DNA from: Bacteroidales bacterium
GTDB lineage: Bacteria > Bacteroidota > Bacteroidia > Bacteroidales > UBA10428
Reading direction: 5' to 3'
NCBI GenBank assembly: GCA_016931575.1
Contig: JAFGEO010000062.1
Span: forward strand, 91,090-155,089
DNA: 64,000 nucleotides
In this document: one piece after another, positions 38,946 to 49,743 of the stretch
Layout: every line of letters begins with the position of its first letter
Position numbering within the stretch: position 1 is the stretch's first letter
The notes under the pieces: model-generated
Told to the model about the DNA's origin: nothing
What the model saw: the letters and a program-made list of their open reading frames with translations, nothing else
Database searches by the model: none
Translations under genes and position numbers: made by a program

Positions 38946-40217
38946 TTACCGTGCCTGCCTCTCAATCGTCTGATCCCGGTTAGGGCCAACGGAGACAATG
39001 GTAATGGGCACTTCCAGCCTTTCTTCGAGGTATTCAATATAATGGATCAGGCTTTTCGGAAGGTCATTGTAGGATTTTACACCGGTAAGGTCTTCACTCC
39101 AACCGGGGAGCTCCTCATACACAGCTTCGCTGACATCTTCCAGGTCGTAGGGGAAGTCTTCCTGTATTCCGTCTTTGGTTTTATAGGCCGTGCAGACTTT
39201 AATCGTCTCAAATCCCGAGAGGACATCGGCTTTCATCATAATCAGCTGGCTGACGCCATTGAGCATAATGGAGTAGCGGAGTGCAGGCAGGTCGAGCCAG
39301 CCACAGCGGCGTGGTCGCCCGGTGGTTGCACCGAATTCATGTCCTTTTTCACGAAGTTCCTCACCGGTTGTGCAGTTTAGCTCAGTAGGGAAGGGGCCGC
39401 TACCTACGCGGGTGCAGTATGCTTTAAAGATCCCGAAAACTTCGCCGATATTGGTCGGGGCGACACCCAGTCCCGTACAAGCACCGGCACAAATTGTATT
39501 GGAAGAGGTAACGTAGGGATAGGAGCCAAAGTCGATGTCCAGCATGGTACCCTGCGCGCCTTCGGCAAGGATAGCTTTCCCTTCTTTCATTTTAGTATTG
39601 ATAAGGATCTCGCTGTCAATGATCTTAAACTGTTTCAGGCTTTCGATGCCCTCGAACCATCCTGCTTCGTATTCGTTCAGATCGTAATCGAAATCATACA
39701 GTTCCAGTAGCTGCTTATGCTTGTCAGTTAGCGCATTGTATTTTTCCCTGAAACTATCGGACAGGATGTCGCCTACACGCAGGCCATTGCGCCCGGTTTT
39801 GTCCATGTAGGTCGGCCCGATCCCTTTCAGGGTGGACCCGATTTTGGTTTTGCCTTTTGCTTTCTCCGATGCAGCATCCAGGATCCGGTGTGAAGGGAGG
39901 ATAAGGTGCGCTTTTTTTGAAATGAAGAGTTTACTTTTGATGTCATCTACCATGGGAGTAAGGGCATCGATTTCCTTTCTGAAGATGATCGGATCGATGA
40001 CAACCCCGTTTCCAATGATGTTAACCTGTTTCGGTCGGAATATCCCGGATGGTATGGTATGAAGAACGTGTTTTATAGCGTTGAATTCTAACGAATGACC
40101 GGCATTGGGGCCTCCCTGAAAACGGGTGATTATATCGTATTTTGGGGTAAGCACATCAACAACTTTACCCTTTCCTTCATCCCCCCACTGGAGGCCTAAG
40201 AGTACATCAACTTTCAT
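38946..40217 (-). CDS. purA: adenylosuccinate synthase
   Basis: 423 aa. N-terminus VLLGLQWGDEGKGKVVD, and GIGPTY and TTGRPRRCGW motifs. Confidence 0.95.
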   Translation of the reverse strand: MKVDVLLGLQWGDEGKGKVVDVLTPKYDIITRFQGGPNAGHSLEFNAIKHVLHTIPSGIFRPKQVNIIGNGVVIDPIIFRKEIDALTPMVDDIKSKLFISKKAHLILPSHRILDAASEKAKGKTKIGSTLKGIGPTYMDKTGRNGLRVGDILSDSFREKYNALTDKHKQLLELYDFDYDLNEYEAGWFEGIESLKQFKIIDSEILINTKMKEGKAILAEGAQGTMLDIDFGSYPYVTSSNTICAGACTGLGVAPTNIGEVFGIFKAYCTRVGSGPFPTELNCTTGEELREKGHEFGATTGRPRRCGWLDLPALRYSIMLNGVSQLIMMKADVLSGFETIKVCTAYKTKDGIQEDFPYDLEDVSEAVYEELPGWSEDLTGVKSYNDLPKSLIHYIEYLEERLEVPITIVSVGPNRDQTIERQAR

Positions 40218-40322
40218 TTTAGAGAAATAACTTTTTGGTTCCGACTAACAGTGCGCCAAGGTACGAATTATTTCCGCACGGTGGGTGTAAAAAAAGCGCG
40301 GCAGGTCCTTTTTGCAATTCTG

Positions 40323-40775
40323 TTATTTAGCGGAAGAATCCGCTTTCTTCTTACCGTAGATATAGAGTGAATGATGCGAAGGTGTAAAGCCATTCAGTTC
40401 ACAGGCAGTTTTAATGATCTCCAGCATCCTGGGATCGCAGAATTCAATGACCTCGCCGGATTCCAGGTCGATGAGATGATCGTGCTGGATGCATTGATAG
40501 GCTTTTTCGAACTGGGCAATATTCTTTCCAAACTGATGCTTGATCACCAGGTTGCAATCAAGAAGAAGTTCGATCGTATTGTACAGGGTTGCCCTGCTAA
40601 CCCTGTAGTTCTTATTCTTCATGAAAATATAGAGGGTCTCAATATCAAAGTGACCGTCACGTGAATAGATCTCATCCAGAATAGCATATCGCTCGGGCGT
40701 TTTCCGGTGTCCTTTCTTTTCCAGGTAGTCTGTGAAAATCTTCTTTACAGTCTCTTTAGTTTCACTTGAAACCAT
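40323..40775 (-). CDS. fur: Fur-family transcriptional regulator
   Basis: 150 aa. [15 protein letters not shown] wHTH region, then [22 protein letters not shown] dimerisation and metal region. Confidence 0.8.
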   Translation of the reverse strand: MVSSETKETVKKIFTDYLEKKGHRKTPERYAILDEIYSRDGHFDIETLYIFMKNKNYRVSRATLYNTIELLLDCNLVIKHQFGKNIAQFEKAYQCIQHDHLIDLESGEVIEFCDPRMLEIIKTACELNGFTPSHHSLYIYGKKKADSSAK

Positions 40776-41239
40776 AATTAGTCTAATTATAAATAAGCGC
40801 TAAGATAATACTTTTTTAGATATTGCAGATAATTGCTGCATGAAGTTTGATGACCGGTTATCCCATATTTGCAGGCAGTATTTATTGGGTGAGCAGGGTC
40901 GTTTCCGGAGGTTCAGTAGTCGCTGCTTTATCAGGTATAGCATGGCTGCTGGTAAGTGAGACTTTGATTTAGGAGGGTTCCCGGACTGGCGGGAGGCAAG
41001 AGACATAATCTAAAAACTATTTAGATAGTATGGTAATTATAAAAATAGTAATATATTTGGAGAGTTGAGCGCCAAAACCAAAATATAACCATGTAAAACA
41101 AAAAAACCTTCCGGTAGGCTTATGCAATTATATCCTGCATGAAACTCTGTGGGCATCTTTTTGCGATCGTCTCTTTTCCTTCTTAAAAATTTCAAGAAGA
41201 TGCTTCGCTTACCCGAAGGAATAAAAAGAAGTTAATTTA

Positions 41240-43660
41240 ATGATTAAGTACGCATTCCTTTTTATCTTGCTGATCCCCTGGATCGTGCACACTCATGCCC
41301 AGGAGACAGTCAGGTCTATCCATGCCCTTCGCATAAGTGATCCCCCGAAAATTGACGGGAATCTGGATGATGCCGTATGGAAAAATGCTCTGGTGGCTGA
41401 CGATTTCATACAATTCTGGCCGGATAACGGAGCTTTACCCTGCCAGCAATCTGAAGTAAGGTTTCTATATGATAACACTGCATTGTATGTGGGGGCCATT
41501 CTGTACGATACGGCTCCGGACAGTATTTTGACCGGCCTGAGTGAGCGTGACAATATAAATAACGCCGATTATATGGGAGTTTACCTTGATCCGCAGGGTA
41601 ACGGGACAAATGGCTACGGTTTTTTTGTAACCAGCTCCGGGATACAGGTTGATATGAAGCTTGATCAATATTCTGAAGATGGCAGTTGGGATGCTGTCTG
41701 GATGAGTGAGACATCGATTACCGACAGTGGTTGGGTTGCCGAGCTAAAAATCCCCTATTCGGCCATACGTTTTCCAAAAATGGACGTGCAGCACTGGAAG
41801 GTCAATGTCTGGCGCAATGTCATGCGCCACCGTCAGAATACCAACTGGAATTTCGTGGACCGTGACAAGGATGGTATCCTGCCACAATCGGGAAATCTTC
41901 TCAGCGTAGAGGGGATTGATCCTGCACTGCGTTTATCATTCACACCTTATGTGTCGACCTATTTTGAGAAAAATCCGGAGAGTGACCAGATCGGTACGGC
42001 ATTCAATGGTGGCATGGATATAAAATACGGTCTCAATGAGAGCTTCACGCTGGATATGACACTTGTCCCCGATTTTGGGCAGGTACAAAGTGATGATAAA
42101 ATATTGAACCTGTCACCTTTTGAGACTTATTATACAGAGAAACGTCCCTTCTTCAACGAGGGAACGGAGCTGTTTAACAAGCTGGGACTCTTTCATTCCA
42201 GGAGGATCGGCGGAACCCCGGTGCACAAGGGAGGCCTGGAGGGGCAGCTAAATGAAGGGGATACGCTTATGTTTAATCCTGCTGAAACACGTATGCTCAA
42301 CGCGACTAAAATTTCGGGAAGGACAAGTAGCGGATTGGGTATCGGTGTGTTTAATGCCATGACCATGAAGGCTGAGGCTGTCGTGGCCGACTCGAACGGA
42401 GTGATGAGGGCCATTGTGACACAACCCTTCACCAATTACAATATGCTGGTGCTGGACCAAGACCTGAAAAACAATTCATATCTGAATTTCAGCAATACCA
42501 ATTACTACAGACCGGATGACAAGTATTCTGCTAACGTGTCAGGCACAGAACTGGTAATTAAGGATAAAGCGAGGCGTTTCAGACTGCAATCAAAGGGCGT
42601 ATTAAGTCAGAAATACTCTGCCGGTGAGGATACGGAGCTGGGCTATAGTTACTTTGTTGAGGCTGCGAAGGTGTCAGGAAAATTTCAGGCGAGCATTGCT
42701 CACCTGGTATTATCGGATAACTATGATATAAACGAAATGGGTTTTATGCAGCAAAATAATTATACCAGCACCGAGGCATTTATTCAGTATGAAAGAAACA
42801 ATCCTTTCTGGAAACTGAACTCACTGCATACCCATATATATTATGAAAGAGAGAGTCTCTATGATCCAAGGGTATTATCCAATTCAAGTATCTGGTATAA
42901 CCTTCGGGCAACTAGTAGAAAGCTTTATACCATTGCCCTGAATGCATCCTATTATCCAAAGGGGAAAACCGACTTTTATGAACCGAGGGTTGAGGGGCGC
43001 TTTGTGAAGCTTTTCAAAAAGCAATATCACATCGGGGGATGGATAGAAACCGATTCAAGAAAAAAGTTTTCCTTTCTGTATAATCCCGGTATCCGATGGT
43101 GGGATGACGAGGGTCGCTACCAGCACTGGCAATTTGCGTACATGAATCTCAGGCTTTCGGATAAGTTCTCATTCTATTTTGAGTTTAATTTTGTTGAGAC
43201 TTTCAATGAGCCCGGATGGATAAATACGGATGAAAACGATGAGAACCTGATATACTTTGGCAGGAGGAATATAACGAATATTACGAATTCGGCTTCTGTA
43301 AAATATGTTTTCAATAAATCGTCCTACCTGAGTCTGAGGATGAGGCATTATAACATGGATGTAATCTACCGGGATCAGTTCTACGAACTTAAAACCGACG
43401 GGGAATTGAGTGAGAGCGCATATACTGCAAATCATAACCAGAGTTATAATGCTTTCAATATCGATATGCAGTTTGCCTGGCGCTATGCTCCCGGAAGTGA
43501 AATTTCTGTGGTTTGGAAAAACGCAATTGATCGGTCTGATGATGTTATTTTGCCCGGTTATTTTGAGAATCTGGGGCAAACGATTACATACCCGCAAACC
43601 AACAGCATTTCCGTGAAAGTGATTTATTACCTGGATTACCTGAATTTGTTAAGGAAGTAG
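41240..43660 (+). CDS. CBM9-like + DUF5916 outer-membrane beta-barrel-type protein
   Basis: 806 aa with a signal peptide. PPKIDGNLDDAVWKNA is CBM9-like. A long Tyr/Asn-rich beta-strand C-terminal region ends in an aromatic-rich tail. Confidence 0.6.
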   Translation: MIKYAFLFILLIPWIVHTHAQETVRSIHALRISDPPKIDGNLDDAVWKNALVADDFIQFWPDNGALPCQQSEVRFLYDNTALYVGAILYDTAPDSILTGLSERDNINNADYMGVYLDPQGNGTNGYGFFVTSSGIQVDMKLDQYSEDGSWDAVWMSETSITDSGWVAELKIPYSAIRFPKMDVQHWKVNVWRNVMRHRQNTNWNFVDRDKDGILPQSGNLLSVEGIDPALRLSFTPYVSTYFEKNPESDQIGTAFNGGMDIKYGLNESFTLDMTLVPDFGQVQSDDKILNLSPFETYYTEKRPFFNEGTELFNKLGLFHSRRIGGTPVHKGGLEGQLNEGDTLMFNPAETRMLNATKISGRTSSGLGIGVFNAMTMKAEAVVADSNGVMRAIVTQPFTNYNMLVLDQDLKNNSYLNFSNTNYYRPDDKYSANVSGTELVIKDKARRFRLQSKGVLSQKYSAGEDTELGYSYFVEAAKVSGKFQASIAHLVLSDNYDINEMGFMQQNNYTSTEAFIQYERNNPFWKLNSLHTHIYYERESLYDPRVLSNSSIWYNLRATSRKLYTIALNASYYPKGKTDFYEPRVEGRFVKLFKKQYHIGGWIETDSRKKFSFLYNPGIRWWDDEGRYQHWQFAYMNLRLSDKFSFYFEFNFVETFNEPGWINTDENDENLIYFGRRNITNITNSASVKYVFNKSSYLSLRMRHYNMDVIYRDQFYELKTDGELSESAYTANHNQSYNAFNIDMQFAWRYAPGSEISVVWKNAIDRSDDVILPGYFENLGQTITYPQTNSISVKVIYYLDYLNLLRK

Positions 43661-43744
43661 GCAGGTGCTGTCTCATGAATGGTCATGTGATCAGGTTTTC
43701 GGATTGCCGGTGGATGAGCTTGCCGAGGACTGCTTTCACAGACC

Positions 43745-45976
43745 CTAAATCATCACATTCTCTACCCTGTGTACACTTTCCACACCTTTGATCTTTCCAA
43801 TGTTCATGATCAGCAGGTTCAGGTCCTTGGTGTTATGCACATAGAGTTCAATGGTGCCATCCCAGATCCCGTCGTGGCTCTCGAGGTTGATATTCCGGAT
43901 GTTTACATTGAGCTGTTTGGTAATGGTGGTGGTGATATCGTTATAGATTCCAAAACGGTCGATGCCGGAGATGGCAATTTTAACCAGGAAGGAGTAGAAT
44001 TTGTGGGTGGTCCATTTCACATTGACGAGCCTGTGGCCGAGGCTGGATGAGATTTTGACAGCGTCCCGGCAGTTGGCCTTATGGATGATCAGCCGGTTAA
44101 GATCATCGTTAATAGCAATGACATCATCACCTGGTATGGGATTGCAGCAGTGCGCGATCCGGTAGTTGGCTTCATCCTGGTGAGGATTTTCGCGGAGCAG
44201 GATGGTGCCCTGCAGGTCCTTGTCTTCGCCATTCGTTTCAATTTCAGAACGTTTCGAAGAAAAACCGAATGACAGGCTCCAGTAACGGATCCATTTATTT
44301 TTGGTATTTTTTTTCAGGATCTTTTTCAGGTCGTCAAGGCTGATAATGCCCAGTCCGATTTTGCTGTAAAGTTCGTCTTTAGAGGTAACCTGGAAGTAGG
44401 GGAGGAGTTTTCTGAAAATGCGGTTGCTGGGTTTGAGGTTCAGCCCCTGTAATTTCTGTTCAAGTTGGTTTTTCCCTATTTCGATCCTGTTTCTGGTTTC
44501 TGCTTTGAGCGATTGTTTAATGGCGGATTTTGCCTTTGCGGTGTGGACTTTCTGCAACCATTCCAGGCGTTCCTGCGGCTTTTCTGAAGCGATGATCTCT
44601 ACCTGGTCTCCGCTCTTCAGGGTATGGTTCAAAGGTACCAGCTTATGGTTCACCTTGGCCCCGATGGCTTTATGCCCTATTTGTGAGTGGATTTCATAGG
44701 CAAAGTCGAGTGCATTGGCATCAATGGGCATGGTTTTGATATCCCCCTTTGGCGTGAAAATGAAGATTTCTGAAGAGAAAAGGTTCAGTTTCAGGTCGTC
44801 AAGGAATTCCAGCGCGTTAGAATTAGGATCTTCCAGAAGTTCTGTAAGTCGTTTGATCCATTTGTCCAGTTCCGATTCGTAGGTGCTGTTTTCGTGCTTG
44901 TACTTCCAATGGGCAGCGAATCCCCTTTCTGCGATTTCATCCATCCGGCGAGATCGGATCTGCACTTCCACCCAATGACCCCTGGGGCCCATGACGGTTG
45001 CATGCAGGGCTTCGTATCCGTTGGCTTTTGGGGTGGAAACCCAATCGCGGATGCGTTCCGGTTTGGGCATGTAAATGTCCGTGGTCAGGGAATAGATATT
45101 CCAGCACTGCGTTTTTTCAGGGATATTGGGTTCGGGATCGAAGACAATGCGGATGGCCATGAGGTCATAAATTTCCTCAAAGGGGACATTCTTTTTCTGC
45201 ATCTTTTGCCAGATGGAGTATGTGGACTTCTGGCGTGCCGATATTTCGTACTTAAGATTAAGTTTGTTAAGGCGGCTGGCAATCGGAACTTTAAATTCTT
45301 CCAGAAAAGCATGCTGGCTTTCCATGTTTTGAAGCCGTTTTTCTTCCAGTTCCTGGTATGCCTTTGGGTAGAGGTACTTCAGGCTCAGATCTTCAAGCTC
45401 GGTTTTGATGGTATACAGGCCCAGTCGGTGTGCCAGAGGTGCAAAGAGGTAGATCGTTTCACTGGCGATTTTCATCTGTTTGTGCTGTGGCAGGCTGTTC
45501 AGCGTACGCATATTATGCAGCCGGTCAGCAATTTTGATCAGGATAACACGCACATCATCCGAGAGGGTGAGCATGATCTTCCTGAAGTTTTCCGCCTGCT
45601 GGGAGGTGTTGGCATCAAATACCCCGGCAATCTTGGTGAGGCCGTCAATGATTGAAGCGATCTTTGGTCCGAAGAGCCGTTCGATATCCTCCAGGGTGTA
45701 TTCCGTATCTTCCACCACATCGTGGAGGAGTGAGCATACCATTGATTTTACTCCGAGGCCGATTTCCTGGTTTACGATTCGTGCAACGGCTATGGGGTGA
45801 AGGATATAGAATTCCCCTGATTTTCTCCTCATACCGCGATGGGCATCGAAGGCAAGGTTAAATGCCTTACGGATAAGGGTTTTGTCGCCCTTTTTATTGC
45901 ATCGGACACAGTCTTGCAGGAGTTGGTTGAACTCCCGTTTAATTTCAATTTCTTCCGCGTTTAATGTGGCCTTCAT
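43745..45976 (-). CDS. spoT: bifunctional (p)ppGpp synthetase/hydrolase (RelA/SpoT homologue)
   Basis: 743 aa. HD hydrolase (ILHPIAVA..LLHDVVEDT), synthetase (YSIWQKM..DLMAIRIV..GYEALHATV), and TGS and ACT regions. Confidence 0.9.
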   Translation of the reverse strand: MKATLNAEEIEIKREFNQLLQDCVRCNKKGDKTLIRKAFNLAFDAHRGMRRKSGEFYILHPIAVARIVNQEIGLGVKSMVCSLLHDVVEDTEYTLEDIERLFGPKIASIIDGLTKIAGVFDANTSQQAENFRKIMLTLSDDVRVILIKIADRLHNMRTLNSLPQHKQMKIASETIYLFAPLAHRLGLYTIKTELEDLSLKYLYPKAYQELEEKRLQNMESQHAFLEEFKVPIASRLNKLNLKYEISARQKSTYSIWQKMQKKNVPFEEIYDLMAIRIVFDPEPNIPEKTQCWNIYSLTTDIYMPKPERIRDWVSTPKANGYEALHATVMGPRGHWVEVQIRSRRMDEIAERGFAAHWKYKHENSTYESELDKWIKRLTELLEDPNSNALEFLDDLKLNLFSSEIFIFTPKGDIKTMPIDANALDFAYEIHSQIGHKAIGAKVNHKLVPLNHTLKSGDQVEIIASEKPQERLEWLQKVHTAKAKSAIKQSLKAETRNRIEIGKNQLEQKLQGLNLKPSNRIFRKLLPYFQVTSKDELYSKIGLGIISLDDLKKILKKNTKNKWIRYWSLSFGFSSKRSEIETNGEDKDLQGTILLRENPHQDEANYRIAHCCNPIPGDDVIAINDDLNRLIIHKANCRDAVKISSSLGHRLVNVKWTTHKFYSFLVKIAISGIDRFGIYNDITTTITKQLNVNIRNINLESHDGIWDGTIELYVHNTKDLNLLIMNIGKIKGVESVHRVENVMI

Positions 45977-46056
45977 GCATGAAAAGGTTACTCTGCAGTT
46001 CTTTCATGCAAAGTTAAGGATTTTTTAAAGTAAAAAACCGGCGGAAATGATTTCAT

Positions 46057-47577
46057 TTACTGAATAAGGGTGACCCTGCCCTGCAGAACGTTCTGCTTAC
46101 CGTTTCCATCGGTATACATAAGGGAATAACGGTAAACACCCTGTGGTGCGATGATTCCGGAGGGGAGCCTGCCGTCCCAGCGGGGATTGTTGACAGGGTC
46201 ATCAGAATGGAAGACCACATTCCCGTTTCGATTAAAAATTTTGAAATCGTATGCCTGGGGAACAAACTGCATATCCGGCCCAAAGGTAATGTTATCGGTC
46301 CCCTGCGGGGTGAAAGCATCAAAGCTGAAAACCACACCCATAGGCAGCGTGAAGCATTGGAGGTTCGATACGCTGTTTGCCGGTTGGCTGGCATGGGGGT
46401 CGCCGGGGTTTTCTTCTGCAGTGATCCGGTAGCAGACAGTGCCGCCATAGCCCTGGCTTCCCTCCTTACTTAAATCATCGGTAAAGCTCAGACTTCCCGA
46501 CCGGTCGGCCACTTCGAAGGCCTCTCCTCCGAGGCTCCGCTCCAGGAGGTAGCCGGATACACCAGCCGGCCATTCCACATAGGCAGTCCAGTCGAGCAAT
46601 ATCGTGGTTCCGTTCTGCGACCCGGAAAGGTATATGGTGCCGGCAATGTTTTCTGACGTCAGGATGGGTTCCCCGCATTTATTTCGTGCAATAAGCTTAT
46701 AATAGTAGGCCTGTGAGGAGGCATCGGCCTGCGTATCGGTGTACCGGATAACTGATCCGGTTACGTCAAGGGAGGCCACAGTGGTATATTCACCTTCGGG
46801 CTCTGTTGCCCGGGCCAGGGAGTATTCCGGGAGAAGGATTTCCGGGTAAGTGACAAACTGGAGGAGGGGATGGTTATCATTGTCAACCGTACCAAAATCG
46901 GCATGAATATAGTCAGGATAAACCGCTGTCAGGGTATCGAGCACCAGTCCATTGGAAGTGATCCGGAGATCAGGATCCGGGTCGATGTGTTTTGCAAGTA
47001 TATAGAAAAGGTACTCGTGCCCCGGAAAAACATTTTCCACGCGGTACTGTGTGGTTTCTTCCGACAATTCGGCAACGATTTCCGGAGTTTCATTGTCCAC
47101 TTTCACCATCAGCAGAAAATACTCAATAGCATTTTCCCACCGGTTGTATCCGTTCCAGGAAAGGTCAAGGCTGTTCCGGCACCAGTCGAAAGTCCCTTCG
47201 AGGAACATCGTACTGTCCCGGACTGCTGATGTTACCGAGGTCAGCGGGGTGCTTGCATCCTGGTATGGGCGGATGTACAGACCAACGGGGCCCTCGCTTA
47301 CCTCTGGGATATCGATCGTTGTCTCATAGAGATGGTTCATATCTCCTACATCGGCTGTATAGCTGCTCAGGATTGCTACGCCATCCGCTTCATTGACCAG
47401 CTGCATGACGTAGTAGAAGGTAACATCGGGGTGGTCGGTCCCGGTAAAATACACAGTTGTCAGACTGGTTTCGGGGTCCACTGTAAGCCGGGTGATCTCA
47501 GCCGGGGTGTACTGACCCCGCAGCGCAAAGCCAAAGCCCAGAAAAATCGTCACAAAAGTAACCCTCAGTTTGTGCAT
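46057..47577 (-). CDS. cell-surface protein with T9SS type B (gliding-motility C-terminal) sorting domain
   Basis: ORF trimmed to MHKLRVTFVTIFLGFGFALRGQ. C-terminus FTPQGTDNITFGP..FKIFNRNGNVVFHS..WDGR..GVYRYSL..GRVTLIQ. Confidence 0.75.
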   Translation of the reverse strand: MHKLRVTFVTIFLGFGFALRGQYTPAEITRLTVDPETSLTTVYFTGTDHPDVTFYYVMQLVNEADGVAILSSYTADVGDMNHLYETTIDIPEVSEGPVGLYIRPYQDASTPLTSVTSAVRDSTMFLEGTFDWCRNSLDLSWNGYNRWENAIEYFLLMVKVDNETPEIVAELSEETTQYRVENVFPGHEYLFYILAKHIDPDPDLRITSNGLVLDTLTAVYPDYIHADFGTVDNDNHPLLQFVTYPEILLPEYSLARATEPEGEYTTVASLDVTGSVIRYTDTQADASSQAYYYKLIARNKCGEPILTSENIAGTIYLSGSQNGTTILLDWTAYVEWPAGVSGYLLERSLGGEAFEVADRSGSLSFTDDLSKEGSQGYGGTVCYRITAEENPGDPHASQPANSVSNLQCFTLPMGVVFSFDAFTPQGTDNITFGPDMQFVPQAYDFKIFNRNGNVVFHSDDPVNNPRWDGRLPSGIIAPQGVYRYSLMYTDGNGKQNVLQGRVTLIQ

Positions 47578-47964
47578 GCGCGTATTATTCCGTTTCTTTA
47601 AGGTTAAACGTGTATCTCCTTCATTTATTTCGGGGACCTTTTGCTTAAAGGCTTTATGTGCTGAAGATCCGGCGGATACAGCGAAGCAGCTGTCTACCTG
47701 ATTGACAGGATACTTAATACGAAAGAGTTTGCAAAACCGATTCCTGCAGAACATCGTTTTTATATTTATACAAACTTAGGAAACGAAATCGTGAATGCCT
47801 GAAGAAAGCCGCGATACTAGCAAGGTACAATGAACAATTTTTATGGGTTCTTTGGCAGTGAAGATTTATATTTGTAAAACTGCCGGCAGTGTGAATAAAA
47901 GCCAGTAGTTTGTTTTCGATGCTATTGATTAAATCTTACTTTCGCCCTGGTTAAAGAAATTTCT

Positions 47965-49731
47965 ATGTTCCGATCGCTTCAAGCGTGGTTTTTAAAGCTA
48001 AAGAAGAAAGGCCTGAATGATAAGCAGCGGGTGCTCATGCTGAGCGTACTGATAGGCCTGTTGGTTGGTTTTGCCGCGGTTATCATTAAAAATCTGGTGC
48101 ACATTATCCAACAATTTGTCAGTAATTTTGCATCCTATCGCCATGGTACCCTTTATATCATCTTTCCCCTGATCGGTTTGACAATCACCGTACTGTTTAT
48201 AAAATACGTGAACCGGAATCCTGTGCGCCATGGAATCCCCGGGGTACTCTTTGCGATCTCGAAGAACAAGGGACAGATCAAATCGCACAACCTGTATTCG
48301 TCCATTATTTCCAGTGCGCTGACAGTAGGTTTTGGTGGGTCGGTAGGATTGGAGGGCCCGACAGTGGCTACAGGAGCAGCTATCGGCTCCAATATTGGCA
48401 GGTGGATGAACCTGAAGGAGAATCAGATCACCCTCCTTCTGGGATGTGCCTGTGCCGGTGCGATGTCAGCCATTTTTAAGGCGCCCATTGCCGCCGTGGT
48501 ATTTGCCCTTGAGGTGATCATGCTCGACCTTACCATGTCTGCCATTGTCCCCCTGCTGATTTCCTCGGCTACAGCGGTGCTGACATCCTATTTCTTCATG
48601 GGGCAGAATTTCCTGTACTCCTTTGAGGTAAGCACCGTTTTCAGCTTCGACCAGGTAGGCTGGTACCTGGGTTTCGGGGTTTTTACAGGCCTGGTAGCTG
48701 TTTATTTTTCATTGATATATAACATTGTCACTGAGCGATTTGACAAAATTGCCAATCCCTTTTACCGGCTCCTGATCGGGGGAAGTATCCTGGGGCTTAT
48801 CATCTTTCTCATCCCTTCCCTGTTCGGTGAGGGCTATGAAGTGATCAATTCAAGTTTGCGCGGGCAGTATGATTACCTGTTTGTCAATACCTTTTATGCA
48901 GGACTTGAAAACAGCCTGTGGGCAACCCTGTTTTTATTCCTGTTTGTCCTTCTCCTCAAGGTAGTTGCTACTTCCATTACCTTTGGTGCCGGTGGTGTAG
49001 GCGGGATCTTTGCACCTTCGCTCTTCAGCGGCGCGATTGCCGGTTTATTTTTCACCCGTGTGATTGATATAATGGGAAAGACACTTAATCCGTCGAATTT
49101 TGCCCTACTTGGAATGGCGGGAATGATCTCTGCCGTGATCCATGCCCCCCTTACCGCCATGTTCCTGATTGCAGAGCTTACCGGCGGGTACCACCTTTTT
49201 CTTCCCCTGATGATCGTGGCAACTTCATCGTATGCCACTGCACGTATTTTTGTGCCCAACTCCGTTTATACCATCCAGCTGGCGAAGCGCGGGGAGCTGA
49301 GGACCCACCATAAGGACAAGGCGGTTCTGATGATGTTAAAGTTGCGTGATCTGATTGAAACTGATTTCAGTTCGTTAAAGCCAAACCAAACTATGGGAGA
49401 ACTGATTGAAACCATTAAATTTGCACACCGTAATGTATTCCCGGTTGTTGAGGAAGACGGTACCTTCCGCGGTATTATCAAGCTCGACGATATACGGCAT
49501 ATTATGTTCGATAGTGAAATGTACCAAAGTGTACATGTACGTGATGTGATGTTTATGCCTGAATACGTTATCCTGGTGGATGACCCTGTCGAGGAGGTGG
49601 CCAGGAAATTCCAGGTAAGCGGCCGGTACAACATTGCGGTGCTGGAGCATGGCAAATACCTGGGTTTCATCTCGAGGGCAAAGTTGTTTTCCAGTTACCG
49701 GAGTATGTTAAAAGATTTTTCTGAAGATTAA
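47965..49731 (+). CDS. ClC-family chloride channel/antiporter with C-terminal CBS pair
   Basis: 588 aa. GGSVGLEGP, GIFAPS and HAPLTAMFLIAELTG selectivity motifs, plus two CBS repeats. Confidence 0.85.
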   Translation: MFRSLQAWFLKLKKKGLNDKQRVLMLSVLIGLLVGFAAVIIKNLVHIIQQFVSNFASYRHGTLYIIFPLIGLTITVLFIKYVNRNPVRHGIPGVLFAISKNKGQIKSHNLYSSIISSALTVGFGGSVGLEGPTVATGAAIGSNIGRWMNLKENQITLLLGCACAGAMSAIFKAPIAAVVFALEVIMLDLTMSAIVPLLISSATAVLTSYFFMGQNFLYSFEVSTVFSFDQVGWYLGFGVFTGLVAVYFSLIYNIVTERFDKIANPFYRLLIGGSILGLIIFLIPSLFGEGYEVINSSLRGQYDYLFVNTFYAGLENSLWATLFLFLFVLLLKVVATSITFGAGGVGGIFAPSLFSGAIAGLFFTRVIDIMGKTLNPSNFALLGMAGMISAVIHAPLTAMFLIAELTGGYHLFLPLMIVATSSYATARIFVPNSVYTIQLAKRGELRTHHKDKAVLMMLKLRDLIETDFSSLKPNQTMGELIETIKFAHRNVFPVVEEDGTFRGIIKLDDIRHIMFDSEMYQSVHVRDVMFMPEYVILVDDPVEEVARKFQVSGRYNIAVLEHGKYLGFISRAKLFSSYRSMLKDFSED

Positions 49732-49743
49732 GTTGTTAATGAA

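Noticed and set aside
40776-41239. 464-nt gap upstream of fur, with GATAAT-containing sequences (possible Fur box) and a GC-rich stretch considered as SRP-like RNA
   Set aside because: The GATAAT copies do not form a convincing 19-bp Fur-box palindrome. The GC-rich stretch does not match the SRP conserved motif by eye. It cannot be supported without a covariance-model search.
44894-45655. 253-aa ORF antisense to the RelA/SpoT gene. Similar long antisense ORFs occur at 4595-5059, 22332-22760, 50677-51354 and 62466-62912.
   Set aside because: These are shadow ORFs entirely inside strongly supported genes on the opposite strand. They have low-complexity composition and no motifs.
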